From a virus (lineage: Duplodnaviria; Caudoviricetes), in IMG/VR virus record IMGVR_UViG_3300048995_000011, positions 1-64,000 of that record: a stretch of DNA of 64,000 bases, one strand, 5' to 3'. The notes under the pieces were generated by a model. That model ran no database searches. It was given only the letters and a program-made list of their open reading frames with translations, and was not told the DNA's origin. The position numbers and the translations under genes are program-made. The stretch's first letter is position 1; every line of letters starts with the position of its first letter. Below, one piece after another: positions 45,550 through 55,341 of the stretch.

Positions 45550-46218
45550 ATGGTCGCAGCCAGTTTTGACACCGTTGCCGACTTCCAGCAGGGCAACATC
45601 AAGAAGCCCATGCGGGGAGCCGTGCTGCTCGGCAAGTACGGCACCGCCGCCGCAATCACCACCCTCGTCGCCACCGGCGGGCAGATCGACGTGGCAGACA
45701 CCTACGAGTCCGCGGGCCGGATCTCCGAGGACGGCCTGACGCTCTCGAAGTCCCGTGAGATCAGCGAGGTCCGCGGCTGGGGTTCCGCCTCCGTGCTTCG
45801 CCGCGACATCCGCTCGGAGGATCACACGCTGCAGTTCGCGGCGATCGAGAACAAGCGCATCACCCACGAGCTGAAAACCAACCGGGACTTCACCGGTACC
45901 GCTGCGGAGATGTCCGCGGCGGGGGAGTGGAAGTACGACATCCTCGACCGCCCCGACATTCTGTGGTGGCGTGTCTGCGCCCTGGGTGTGGACGGTTCGG
46001 GTGCTTCGCTGTACTACATCGCCCGCGTCTACCACAAGATGCTGGTCACGGAGGTCGGCGACGAGTCGTGGTCCGACGGGGATGACCCGCTGATGACGGA
46101 TGTGACGCTCGGCGCGGTCCCGGACGAGGTACTGGGGACTCTGGGTACGGAGTTCATCTTCGGTCCGGGCGCGAAGGCCGCTGCGGTGGCGATGGGGTTG
46201 ACGGTCGCGGTCGCGTGA
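45550..46218 (+). CDS. major tail protein
   Basis: GRISEDG, EVRGWG, R.DI; GAAAGGA RBS. Confidence 0.8.
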   Translation: MVAASFDTVADFQQGNIKKPMRGAVLLGKYGTAAAITTLVATGGQIDVADTYESAGRISEDGLTLSKSREISEVRGWGSASVLRRDIRSEDHTLQFAAIENKRITHELKTNRDFTGTAAEMSAAGEWKYDILDRPDILWWRVCALGVDGSGASLYYIARVYHKMLVTEVGDESWSDGDDPLMTDVTLGAVPDEVLGTLGTEFIFGPGAKAAAVAMGLTVAVA

Positions 46219-46225
46219 GTTGTGG

Positions 46226-46263
46226 TCCGGGCGTCGTCTCTTCCTGGGTGTACGGCGCCCGGA
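46226..46263 (+). terminator. GC-rich hairpin after the major tail gene
   Basis: TCCGGGCGTCGT / ACGGCGCCCGGA; no U-tract. Confidence 0.4.
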
Positions 46264-46304
46264 TCACTTCACCAACACCCAGGAACACCCCGTGAGGACA
46301 GGTC

Positions 46305-46502
46305 ATGCCTGAGTTCAAGTTGAAGAACCCGGAGGACGGCGAAGTCTACGTCGCCGGCAGCCCGGGCGAGCGGGCCCTGCTGGTCTCCCGCGGCTACGAA
46401 GAGGTGGGCAAGTCCTACCCGAAGCCGCCGAAGCCCCTGATCGACGAGCCGCAGGAGCCCCCGAAGGACACCTCGCCGCAGGCCCGTAACGCCGGCAAGT
46501 AG
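46305..46502 (+). CDS. small hypothetical tail-module protein
   Basis: GAGGA RBS; LVSRGYEE then Pro-rich tail. Confidence 0.55.
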   Translation: MPEFKLKNPEDGEVYVAGSPGERALLVSRGYEEVGKSYPKPPKPLIDEPQEPPKDTSPQARNAGK

Positions 46503-46537
46503 CAACACCAACCCAGGAAAGCACCCAGGAGAAGCAC

Positions 46538-46831
46538 ATGCGCAAGTCCCGTAAGGATTTCAAGGTCGTCGCCGAGAAGGCGAAGTTTGAGCTGGATCTC
46601 GAGAATGCCCCCGAGGGGCACCGCGGGTTCGTCACCTTCCTGGACCCCAACAAGCTCCCCACGCACGGCGGTTTCGACCTGCAGCGTGAGCGGGACCCGG
46701 AGAAGGTGTTCCGCAAGATCCTTTCCGCAGAAGACTTCGCCGCGTGGTGGGAGGAGTGGAAGGACACCCCCACCGACGAGACGAACAAGCTCCTGGAGGA
46801 CGTCCTGGAGCACTACGGCTCGAATCGATGA
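46538..46831 (+). CDS. tail assembly chaperone
   Basis: AGGAG RBS; position between MTP and TMP. Confidence 0.75.
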   Translation: MRKSRKDFKVVAEKAKFELDLENAPEGHRGFVTFLDPNKLPTHGGFDLQRERDPEKVFRKILSAEDFAAWWEEWKDTPTDETNKLLEDVLEHYGSNR

Positions 46832-46837
46832 CCTGCG

Positions 46838-47623
46838 GTGGGGTCCCGGGACTACCACGCTGAGGCGACCCGTGAGCCGTTCGAGCTGAGCCTCGACAGC
46901 GGCGAGATTGTTACGTTCCGGGACCCCACCCGCATCCCGGGCATGTCCGTGTTCACGCTGGTGCAGATCCGGGACCCTCAGCATCTGCTGGCGATCCTCC
47001 TCGACGACGCGTTCAATACCGCGTGGGTCGAGTTGTCGACGTGGGAGTGGGTCGAGGTAGCCAACCTAGTTGATGCGGTGTTCGCCCACTTCGGCGCCGA
47101 CATGGCGAGAACCCGGAACCTCGCGATGGATCTCGACCGCTACGGGGATGCGATCGAACGGGATCTGGCGCTTCACACCCACTACCGGTTGCGGGAGTTC
47201 TTCGACGGTACGGAGACCCCGAACACGCTCGCCAACCTGGTGGACGCGTTCGACCGGATGAGCACTTCGTACTTCACCGAGGCCCGCGCCATGGACATGG
47301 AGTTGTTCGAGGCCACGAAGGACATGCCGCGGCGGAAGTCGCTTGGCCCTTCGTTGGTGGAGGAGACCCCCGTGGTGGCGATCCTCAAGGGCATCCACGA
47401 GCTGTTGCAGCAGAACGTGCACTTCGCGGCCGGCGCGTCGATGAGCAAGAAGAAGCCGAAGGTGACGAAGCTGCCCCGCCCGAAAACCTCGAAGGACGCG
47501 TGGGAGCAGGAACAGGCTCGGCAGGCATACCTGCATCTGGAAGCCGTCCTCAACTTCGTGCCGCAGGAACAGTTCGAACAGAGCATCGCGAACGCGCCCG
47601 AAGGGGCCATTGAGCTGCGGTAA
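46838..47623 (+). CDS. second tail assembly chaperone (duplicated G-like domain plus T-like domain)
   Basis: N-terminus paralogous to 46538-46831; LDRYGDAIERDL typical of the T part; same frame as the upstream gene. Confidence 0.75.
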   Translation: MGSRDYHAEATREPFELSLDSGEIVTFRDPTRIPGMSVFTLVQIRDPQHLLAILLDDAFNTAWVELSTWEWVEVANLVDAVFAHFGADMARTRNLAMDLDRYGDAIERDLALHTHYRLREFFDGTETPNTLANLVDAFDRMSTSYFTEARAMDMELFEATKDMPRRKSLGPSLVEETPVVAILKGIHELLQQNVHFAAGASMSKKKPKVTKLPRPKTSKDAWEQEQARQAYLHLEAVLNFVPQEQFEQSIANAPEGAIELR

Positions 47624-47672
47624 CACCCCTGCCCTGTAGCCGCCCGAGTCGACTGGCATTTGGGAGGCATAC

Positions 47673-50600
47673 ATGGCTGGCAGCTACCACGCCGGAGAAG
47701 CCCTCGTTTCCGTGATGCCCTCTATGAAGGGCTTCCATCAGCGGATCCGCTCAGAGCTGAAGGGTATAAACCCGCAGGTAGATGTCGTGGTGAATCCCGC
47801 AATGAAGGGGTTTCAGCAGAAGCTGCGCAGCGGCATCGGCAAGGCCCCGATCGTCGAGGTCAAGGCCGAGGTCAACAAGGCGAGCCTGAAGAAGGCCGAG
47901 TCCGAGGTCACCGCTGCCGAGAAGCGCATGGCGGCAGCAAGGAACTCCTCTTCGGACTCGGTGAAGCAGCTGCTGATCGCCGAGAAGCAACTGGAGGAGA
48001 CCCGCGCGAAGTCGGGCGTGAAGCAGTCGCAGATCCTCGCGGGGGAGTTGCGTGTCGCTCAGGCGCGCCGTGCCGCCGCTGCTGCGACGAACGACTCCCG
48101 TAATGCGGAGTCCGCGCTGAATGCTGCCCGAGTCGCAGCGCGTGACGCGAAAATCAAGATGCAGGCTGACGCCGACACTGGCGGCTTGGCGGCGAAGCTA
48201 CGCGCGTTCTCCGCCAACGCGGGTCGCGCGTACGCCATCAATCTTGGCGTTGACGCCGACACTACTGGTGCGCGGATGCAGATGCAGGCGTTCGCGCTCA
48301 CCGCGAAGCGTCTCGCGACCGTGTCCGGGTCCGTCACCATGGACACCGGGGCGGCGATCGCGAAGCTCACCCTGCTGGATGCCGTGTCGAGCGCGGTCAC
48401 CACCAGGATGCATCTCAAGTGGACTGCGATCGGTGTGGCCGCCGTCGCGGCGTTCGCCGGTATCGGTGCCGCGCTAGTTGCGCTGCCTGGTCTTGTCGCA
48501 GCCGCGTTGGGCCCTGTCGCCGCGTTGGTTGTGGGGTTCCAGGGTGTCGGTGACGCGCTATCCGCGTTCACCGACGCTCAGGATCAGGCCGCGACTGGTG
48601 CAACGGCGAACGCGAAGGCGCAGGCTTCCGCAGCCCGCCAGATCGCGTCCGCCCAGCAGCAGGTCACCCAGGCGCAGACGGGTGCGAGCCGCGCCTACGA
48701 GGACGCCGAGTGGGCGGCGGCGTCATCCTTGCGGCGCACCCAGGATGCGGAGCGGTCTCTCCTCAACGCACAGAAGGCGCGGTTGCAGGCGCAACGTGAC
48801 TTGACGCGTGCCGTGGAGGACGCTCGCCGCGCCCAGCAGGACCTCAATTTCGAGGTCGAGGGCGGGACGCTGGCGGAGCGTCAGGCCGTGTTGGACCTAG
48901 CGGACGCCCAGCAGGCTTTGGAGGCTGCCCGAGCGGGCGGTACCAGCGGTGCCGCCTTCGAGCGGGTCCAGCTCGCCTACGAGCAGCAGAAGCTTTCCCT
49001 GGACGAGATTCGGGCCCGCAACGCCAACCTCGCGCAGGACAAAGCTGTTTCCGACGCTGCTGGCATCAGCGGTTCCCAGCAGGTCACGCAGGCGCAGGAC
49101 CAGGTCACCCAAGCCACTGAGGGTGTCGCCGCGGCGCAGCGGGATGTGGCGGACGCGCAGACGGCGGCGGCGCAGCAGCAGATCCAGTCTCAGCGGTCCA
49201 TCGCGGACGCCCAGTTGGCGGTGACGCAGGCCCAGACGCAGCTGACGCAGGCCATGCAGGACGCCGGCACGGTGGGTGCCGCCTCGGGCGACAAGATCGC
49301 CGCGGCGATGGCGAAACTGTCGCCGAATGCGCGCGAGTTCGTTACCGCGATCCAGGCGTTGAAGCCCGCGTTCGCCGAGATGAAGAACTCGGTGCAGGAC
49401 GCCCTCTTCGCCGGCATGGGGCCCGCGTTTACCCAGTTCTCGAGCCAGATCTTGCCCGCCATGGGCCAGAATCTGGGTGTTGTCGCGTCTGCGATGAACG
49501 GCGCCACGAAGGAAATGTTCATTTTCCTGTCGTCGGTGCCGATGATGGACGCCTTCCAGCAACTGTTCGCCGGCATCGGGCAGGTCATCACCGCCGTCGC
49601 CCCAGTATTGATGACGTTTATCACGCTGTTCATGCAGTTGGCGACAGCGGCGATGCCGGGGATCATCGCCATCGTTGAGGCTCTCGGCACGGTCGGCACG
49701 GCGATCATGCAGGCATTGCAGCCGCTGATCAGCACTGGTGTGTTCGAGCAAGCGTTAACATCGATCGCGAACCTGATCGCCGCCCTGGGGCCGGTGATCG
49801 GCGCAATTTTGACGGCCGCGTTGCAGCTGATGAACGCGTTGGGCCCGTCGCTGGTGTCCTTGGCGGATGCGTTGACGCCTGCGTTCCAGGCGCTGGGCGC
49901 GGTCCTGGTGACGATGGCCCCGTTTGTGGGTCAGCTGGCCACGCTGTTGGTGTCCGCGTTGACCCCGGTCCTGCAGGCCCTACAGCCTGTGATTGCCGCG
50001 TTGATGCCGGTGCTCGTGCAGCTGGTGCAGACCGGGCTGGCGATCCTGGTGCCGATCATTCAGGCCCTCGCCCCCGTTATCACGGCCCTGTTGCCTGTGG
50101 TGTCGATGCTGGCTGGCGCGTTCGGGCAGATCTTCACCGCCCTCAGTCCCATCATCGCGATGCTGGGCACCGTCCTGACTGGGGTGATCACGGCGCTGGT
50201 GCCGATGGTGACGCAGCTCGTGCAGATGTTCGTGCCGTTCATCAACCAGCTGATGGGCCAGCTCGCCCCCGTGTTGGGCCAGTTGGTCACGATTTTGGGT
50301 ACGGCGCTGATGACCGCCTTGCAGGCCATCATGCCCGCGCTGGGGATGTTGATGCAGGCGTTCATGGGGATCGTGTCGGCGGTGTTGCCGTTCGTGCCGA
50401 TCCTGGCTCAGATCGCCGGGCAGCTGCTGACCGCGCTGGCGCCGATCCTGCCGACCATCGCGGGTTTGTTCTTGACGCTGGTGAACGCGGTGCTGCCGCT
50501 CGTGCCGCCGCTGCTGAACCTGGCCGCGACGTTGCTGCCCACGATCGTCTCCGTGATCAACACGTTGATGCCGATCATCACCATGTTGGCGAACCTCCTC

Positions 50601-53141
50601 GGCGGGGTTCTCGCCGTGGTGCTGCAGACCGTTGTTGTGCCGATCCTCAACCTGGTCATCAACACGATCAAGATCTTGGCGGACATTTTCGACTTCCTGT
50701 GGAACGTGGCGGTCAAGCCCGCACTCGACGCGATCGGCATCGGCCTGCAACTGCTCTGGGAGCACTTCTTCTCCCCGATCTTCTCGTGGATCTCGGACAA
50801 GGTCGGTGCTGTCGGTGACGCGTTCAAGGCCATGGGCGACAAGATCGGTGGCATCTGGGACGGTCTGAAGACACTCATCCGGGGCGGTATTCAGGGCGTC
50901 ATCGACCTGGTGTGGAACGACGGTTTGCTGGGGCTGTGGCGGGCCGCGAACGACAGCCCGCTGGGTGGGATCATCCCCGACCCGCCCGGTCGGTGGGTTG
51001 TTCCCGCGTTCGCTTCCGGCGGCCCGGTGTTCGGTGCCGGCACCGGTACGAGCGACTCTATCGCCGCCCTGTTGTCCAACGGCGAGTACGTGGTCAACGC
51101 GGCAGCGACCGCACGATGGTTGCCGCTGCTCGAGTCGATGAACGCCAACCGGTTCGCCGACGGCGGCATCGTGGCCGGCGGATCCACTCCGTCCGTGCCG
51201 ATGCCCACGGTTGCTGCCACTGGTCAGGCTGCGGTGGCCGCGTCGCTGACCGTGGACCCCGCGGCGCTGACCGCTCTCGGTGGGACGGTGGACGCGGTCA
51301 CCGCATCGATGGTCGCGCTCACGACCGAGCTCAACACCATCGTCATGCCCACGCTGACCGCCCTCAACACCATGACGGTCACCCTGGCGTTGGCGATGCA
51401 GCAGCTGGCCATGTCGAACACGCTGAGCTGGTTGCAGATCCAAACGACCATCGTCCTCACCGAGGACACCATCGCCGCCCGGCAGTTGTTCCTGCAGGCG
51501 CAGTTGGCCACGTCGTGGGGTTTGATCACCGCGAACGTGTGGGCCAACGTCAACGGCCAAAACGCCGCGTTCAACGCCCTCATGGCTGGCATGGGCAACC
51601 TGCGGTTGGCGATGGCGTTCACCGCCGACTGGGCCGGGCAGCAATACGGGCGAATCCGTGCAGCCGCCGCTGACCCGGTCCGCTGGGTGCTGCAGTTCCC
51701 GTTCAACGCGGGCCTGATCAGCGCCTGGAACGCCCTGGATGGCCAGTTCGCGTTCGGCAAGCACGTCAACCCCGTCCCGATCGCGTTCGCTTCCGGCGGT
51801 CGCGTGTCCGGGCCGGGGACGGGCACATCGGACTCGATCGACGCCCGCCTGTCGCGGGGCGAGTTCGTGGTGCGCGAGAAGATCGCCAACCAGATCTACC
51901 CGTTCCTCAACGCCCTCAACTCTGGCCAGGCCGAGGCACTGCAGGCCACCGGATACGCGCAGGGTGGCGTGGTCGCCGACACAGGGTCCGCGTTGAACGC
52001 CGCCGTGTTGCGGGGTCTCGCGTTCGCGAAAGCCCAGGACGGCAAACCCTACATTTGGGGTGCTGCCGGGCCGGTCGGATTCGACTGTTCCGGCCTGATG
52101 AGCGCCGTCACCAACGTCCTGCGTGGCGAATCCAACCCCTACCGGCGGCTCGGTGTCGCAGCCTCCGCACCGTGGCCCGGGTTCGTGCGTGGACTGTCGT
52201 CCTCGTTCGCCATGGGATCCAGCCCAACGCACACGGCCGGCACCCTCGGCGGGGTCAACATCGAGTCGACCGGCAACCACGTCCGGTTCGCCGGGGACGC
52301 CCACGGCGCCGACGATCGACAGTTCCCAGTGCAGTCGTCACTGCCTGTGGTGGGCGGCCAGTTCGTATCCGGCGGCGGCGGGGGTATCGACGTCGGCCAG
52401 ATCGTGGGGACCGCGTTCGCCGACACATACAAGATGATCGGCCAAATCGCCACCATGTTCGCCGGGAACTTCATGGGCGGGCAGGCCGGCGGGGTCGCTA
52501 ACCAGGCGACGGATCGGGTGAAGAACGCGGCCACCCAGAAGCTGACCGAGCTGACCTCGGCGTTCAGCGGTGCCGCGGGTTCCCCCGAGGTTGTCGCTGC
52601 GGTGCGGGCGGTCGCCAGCCGGTACGGGTGGGGTCAGGGACCCCAGTGGGACTCCCTCAACGCGCTCATCGCGAAGGAGTCGAGCTGGAACCCGGCCGCC
52701 GCGAATCCCACCTCCAGTGCCCGCGGCCTGTTCCAGAAGATGACGAGCGCCCACGGGCCCCTGGAGTCGACCATCGCCGGGCAGGCCGAATGGGGCCTGA
52801 ACTACATCAGGTCCCGCTACAGCGACCCGATCGGCGCGTGGGCCTTCCACCGGGCACACAACTGGTACGACAAGGGCGGCATGTTGCAGGGGGTTGGTGC
52901 TTTCTACAAGGGCACCAACGAGCCCGAGCGGGTCCTGTCCCCCCCGGATACACGAAACTTTGACCGACTCGTGTCCCATATCGGTTCGAGTTCTTTCGCC
53001 CTGCCCGACAGTGCCCGACTCACGGGCCCCTTCGAACTCTCCGGTGACATCACCGTGAACGGTTTGGACGGGCACATCGACGGCCGTATCAACGCCGCGA
53101 ACCACGCAACCGGCACCGCGATCCTTCACGGGTCTCGCTAA
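47673..53141 (+). CDS. tape measure protein with NlpC/P60-like and lytic transglycosylase domains
   Basis: 1822 aa, Ala-rich helical; GKPYIWG..GFDCSGL; IAKESSWNP.A.N..SSARGLFQ. Confidence 0.95.
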   Translation: MAGSYHAGEALVSVMPSMKGFHQRIRSELKGINPQVDVVVNPAMKGFQQKLRSGIGKAPIVEVKAEVNKASLKKAESEVTAAEKRMAAARNSSSDSVKQLLIAEKQLEETRAKSGVKQSQILAGELRVAQARRAAAAATNDSRNAESALNAARVAARDAKIKMQADADTGGLAAKLRAFSANAGRAYAINLGVDADTTGARMQMQAFALTAKRLATVSGSVTMDTGAAIAKLTLLDAVSSAVTTRMHLKWTAIGVAAVAAFAGIGAALVALPGLVAAALGPVAALVVGFQGVGDALSAFTDAQDQAATGATANAKAQASAARQIASAQQQVTQAQTGASRAYEDAEWAAASSLRRTQDAERSLLNAQKARLQAQRDLTRAVEDARRAQQDLNFEVEGGTLAERQAVLDLADAQQALEAARAGGTSGAAFERVQLAYEQQKLSLDEIRARNANLAQDKAVSDAAGISGSQQVTQAQDQVTQATEGVAAAQRDVADAQTAAAQQQIQSQRSIADAQLAVTQAQTQLTQAMQDAGTVGAASGDKIAAAMAKLSPNAREFVTAIQALKPAFAEMKNSVQDALFAGMGPAFTQFSSQILPAMGQNLGVVASAMNGATKEMFIFLSSVPMMDAFQQLFAGIGQVITAVAPVLMTFITLFMQLATAAMPGIIAIVEALGTVGTAIMQALQPLISTGVFEQALTSIANLIAALGPVIGAILTAALQLMNALGPSLVSLADALTPAFQALGAVLVTMAPFVGQLATLLVSALTPVLQALQPVIAALMPVLVQLVQTGLAILVPIIQALAPVITALLPVVSMLAGAFGQIFTALSPIIAMLGTVLTGVITALVPMVTQLVQMFVPFINQLMGQLAPVLGQLVTILGTALMTALQAIMPALGMLMQAFMGIVSAVLPFVPILAQIAGQLLTALAPILPTIAGLFLTLVNAVLPLVPPLLNLAATLLPTIVSVINTLMPIITMLANLLGGVLAVVLQTVVVPILNLVINTIKILADIFDFLWNVAVKPALDAIGIGLQLLWEHFFSPIFSWISDKVGAVGDAFKAMGDKIGGIWDGLKTLIRGGIQGVIDLVWNDGLLGLWRAANDSPLGGIIPDPPGRWVVPAFASGGPVFGAGTGTSDSIAALLSNGEYVVNAAATARWLPLLESMNANRFADGGIVAGGSTPSVPMPTVAATGQAAVAASLTVDPAALTALGGTVDAVTASMVALTTELNTIVMPTLTALNTMTVTLALAMQQLAMSNTLSWLQIQTTIVLTEDTIAARQLFLQAQLATSWGLITANVWANVNGQNAAFNALMAGMGNLRLAMAFTADWAGQQYGRIRAAAADPVRWVLQFPFNAGLISAWNALDGQFAFGKHVNPVPIAFASGGRVSGPGTGTSDSIDARLSRGEFVVREKIANQIYPFLNALNSGQAEALQATGYAQGGVVADTGSALNAAVLRGLAFAKAQDGKPYIWGAAGPVGFDCSGLMSAVTNVLRGESNPYRRLGVAASAPWPGFVRGLSSSFAMGSSPTHTAGTLGGVNIESTGNHVRFAGDAHGADDRQFPVQSSLPVVGGQFVSGGGGGIDVGQIVGTAFADTYKMIGQIATMFAGNFMGGQAGGVANQATDRVKNAATQKLTELTSAFSGAAGSPEVVAAVRAVASRYGWGQGPQWDSLNALIAKESSWNPAAANPTSSARGLFQKMTSAHGPLESTIAGQAEWGLNYIRSRYSDPIGAWAFHRAHNWYDKGGMLQGVGAFYKGTNEPERVLSPPDTRNFDRLVSHIGSSSFALPDSARLTGPFELSGDITVNGLDGHIDGRINAANHATGTAILHGSR

Positions 53142-53153
53142 GAAAGGCCGACG

Positions 53154-53906
53154 ATGAGCTACGAGCTGCGCGACTCGAAGAACTATTTCTTCGGGATCCT
53201 CGACAACCCCGCCGCGATCAGTGACACGACCTTGTCGTCCGCGCAGTTCGCGGCCCTGGGAACGGGCTATTCGGCGGCCAACGGGGGAACCTACATTCCG
53301 CTGGTGCTTCATGACCCTTCAGTGGGGGCCTACGAGATCGTGTGGGTCGTGGGCCACTCTTCTGGTGGCACGACGGTCACCGTGGTGCGAGGACGGGAAG
53401 GTACTGCAGCGCAGGCGTGGAATGCGGGGACCCAGGTCACCATCGCCCCCACCGCCGGTCGGGACGTTCTCGCGGTGGCCCTGTCCAACGGGCTCCCCCC
53501 GGACGCCCACTACGGGATGCGGGTCGCCCGCACCGACAAGGGTGACGTGATCGAACGAACCAAAACGGGCTGGGGACCCAGTGTTGGTGCCGGCATCGCC
53601 GCCGACCAGCACAAAAACATGTCCCAACTCGCTGTTCCGGACGGTGCCGCGCTGCTGCTGCGCGCCGGTTCGACACCGTCGACGTTCACCACCGCCTCCG
53701 ATGGAAACTTCAACGTCACCTACAAGACCCCGTTCCCGAACGGCACCCTGGCGATCTCGTGCACCTCAACCGCCTACGCCGCGAACGGCGCCTTCGTGTG
53801 CTACCAGCAGCGGGCCGACGGGTGCAGCATGACGGCGCTGAACGGCACAGGCGGGCGGTTGGCGAGCACAGTCATTTCGGTGCAGTACATCGCCTTTGGA
53901 TGGTGA
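53154..53906 (+). CDS. minor tail protein
   Basis: EIVWV..VVRGREGT; YKTPFP; position. Confidence 0.6.
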   Translation: MSYELRDSKNYFFGILDNPAAISDTTLSSAQFAALGTGYSAANGGTYIPLVLHDPSVGAYEIVWVVGHSSGGTTVTVVRGREGTAAQAWNAGTQVTIAPTAGRDVLAVALSNGLPPDAHYGMRVARTDKGDVIERTKTGWGPSVGAGIAADQHKNMSQLAVPDGAALLLRAGSTPSTFTTASDGNFNVTYKTPFPNGTLAISCTSTAYAANGAFVCYQQRADGCSMTALNGTGGRLASTVISVQYIAFGW

Positions 53907-53909
53907 CCC

Positions 53910-55331
53910 GTGTGGACGCAAGGCGCGTACGCCCGGCAACCGTTCGCGGCGGGGGCGGGCACTGAATCCCCCGCACCTCCCGGGCAGCAGCAAATCCCCC
54001 CACCTCTACCGGGTGGGACGACGACGTTCCTGTATCAGCCGCACCCGATCATCACCCTCGGGTGGCGGTCCTACGCCGGCAGGCAAGGCGCCAACGTCTA
54101 CCCGGGTGGTGGGGTGTCGATCGCCCCCGACCCCGAGCGTGGGGTCATGCAGGTCACCGGGTGGTGGCCCGACGCGGAGGTGTTGCAGTTCCATCGGCAA
54201 CACCAGGACGGGTCCATGTATCGGGTGCGTACCGCCGCCCCGTTGACCATCACCCAAGCCACGCGCCGCAACTTTTGCACCAACCCCAACTTCGAGAAGG
54301 GGCTGAACGGGTATGTACCGGACGCCGGCAACCCTGCCCTGACCCCAATCGGCGATGCCGTGCGCGGCGACACGGCTCTGCGCGCCACCATCGCCTCGGC
54401 AGGTGCTTGTGGCGTCACCATCCCTCACGCGTTGACCGCCGGCAAGGACATCACCGAGGGCATCGACCTGCGGTTCTCCCACCGCCCCACGGGGGTGACC
54501 CTGCAAATCTCGTGGACCGACAGCACAGGCGCCCCCATCACTCCCGCCTCCACGCAGTTGCTGACCGCGAACCAGATCAACCAGTCCGTGTCCCAGTGGG
54601 CCCGGCAGGTCGTCACCATCACCACACCCCCGAACGGTGTGAACGCGACCGTGAAGGTCGTCGCAGCCGGGTTGCCGGCAGCCGGCTACATGGATGTTGA
54701 CGGCGTCACGCTTGAGCGTGGCAGCAGCGACGGGTCCTTCTTCGACGGGAACCTGCCCACTGCGGTGTGGCTGGGTGTTCCAGGGTTCTCGGTGTCGGTC
54801 CTCGCCCCGATGCTCACCATCGAGGACGGGGAATGCCCCACCGATGTCCCGGTCCGGTACATCGTCGCGAACCTCGAGGCGACGGGCGGCACCATGACCT
54901 CCGCGCAAGCGGTGCTCGAGTCGCGTGGGGTCACGTGGATGACGCATCCCCGCTGGTTGACGCAACCGATCCGGGTGACGGTCGCGGAAGTTCCGAAACT
55001 CACCCGCAAGGCACCCCAGGGGAAGTTCCGGCCCATCGGTGGCCGCTACGCGATTGTGGTGTCCGCCGCGAACCGTCAATCCCCCGACGGTCAGATCAAA
55101 CTCTGGGCCAGAAGCTGGGAAGAGCGGGACCTTCTCCTGGAAATGTTCGACGACCTCTCACCCGTGCTGGTGCGCGCCCCCGGCGACTACCACTTCGGGG
55201 ACCGCTGGCTGTCGCTGGAGGACATGGACGAGGACGCCGAAGGCCGGCTGGCTTTCACCGACGTGCGCTCCTTCACCGCCAACTTTTCCGAGGTTCTCGC
55301 CCCCAGCGAGATCCCCGCCGCCGGCACATAG
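53910..55331 (+). CDS. distal-tail-like minor tail protein with a carbohydrate-binding-like domain
   Basis: RNFCTNPNFE..., DGVTLE.GS..FFDG; C-terminal Dit-like part. Confidence 0.65.
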   Translation: MWTQGAYARQPFAAGAGTESPAPPGQQQIPPPLPGGTTTFLYQPHPIITLGWRSYAGRQGANVYPGGGVSIAPDPERGVMQVTGWWPDAEVLQFHRQHQDGSMYRVRTAAPLTITQATRRNFCTNPNFEKGLNGYVPDAGNPALTPIGDAVRGDTALRATIASAGACGVTIPHALTAGKDITEGIDLRFSHRPTGVTLQISWTDSTGAPITPASTQLLTANQINQSVSQWARQVVTITTPPNGVNATVKVVAAGLPAAGYMDVDGVTLERGSSDGSFFDGNLPTAVWLGVPGFSVSVLAPMLTIEDGECPTDVPVRYIVANLEATGGTMTSAQAVLESRGVTWMTHPRWLTQPIRVTVAEVPKLTRKAPQGKFRPIGGRYAIVVSAANRQSPDGQIKLWARSWEERDLLLEMFDDLSPVLVRAPGDYHFGDRWLSLEDMDEDAEGRLAFTDVRSFTANFSEVLAPSEIPAAGT

Positions 55332-55341
55332 AGGGGGCCTC

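Noticed and set aside
49980-52304. 774-aa reverse-strand ORF, and similar long ORFs at 14516-16300, 38105-39466, 42521-43696 and 61796-63247
   Set aside because: Antisense shadows of clear genes, expected in high-GC DNA with few stop codons; no motifs or RBS.
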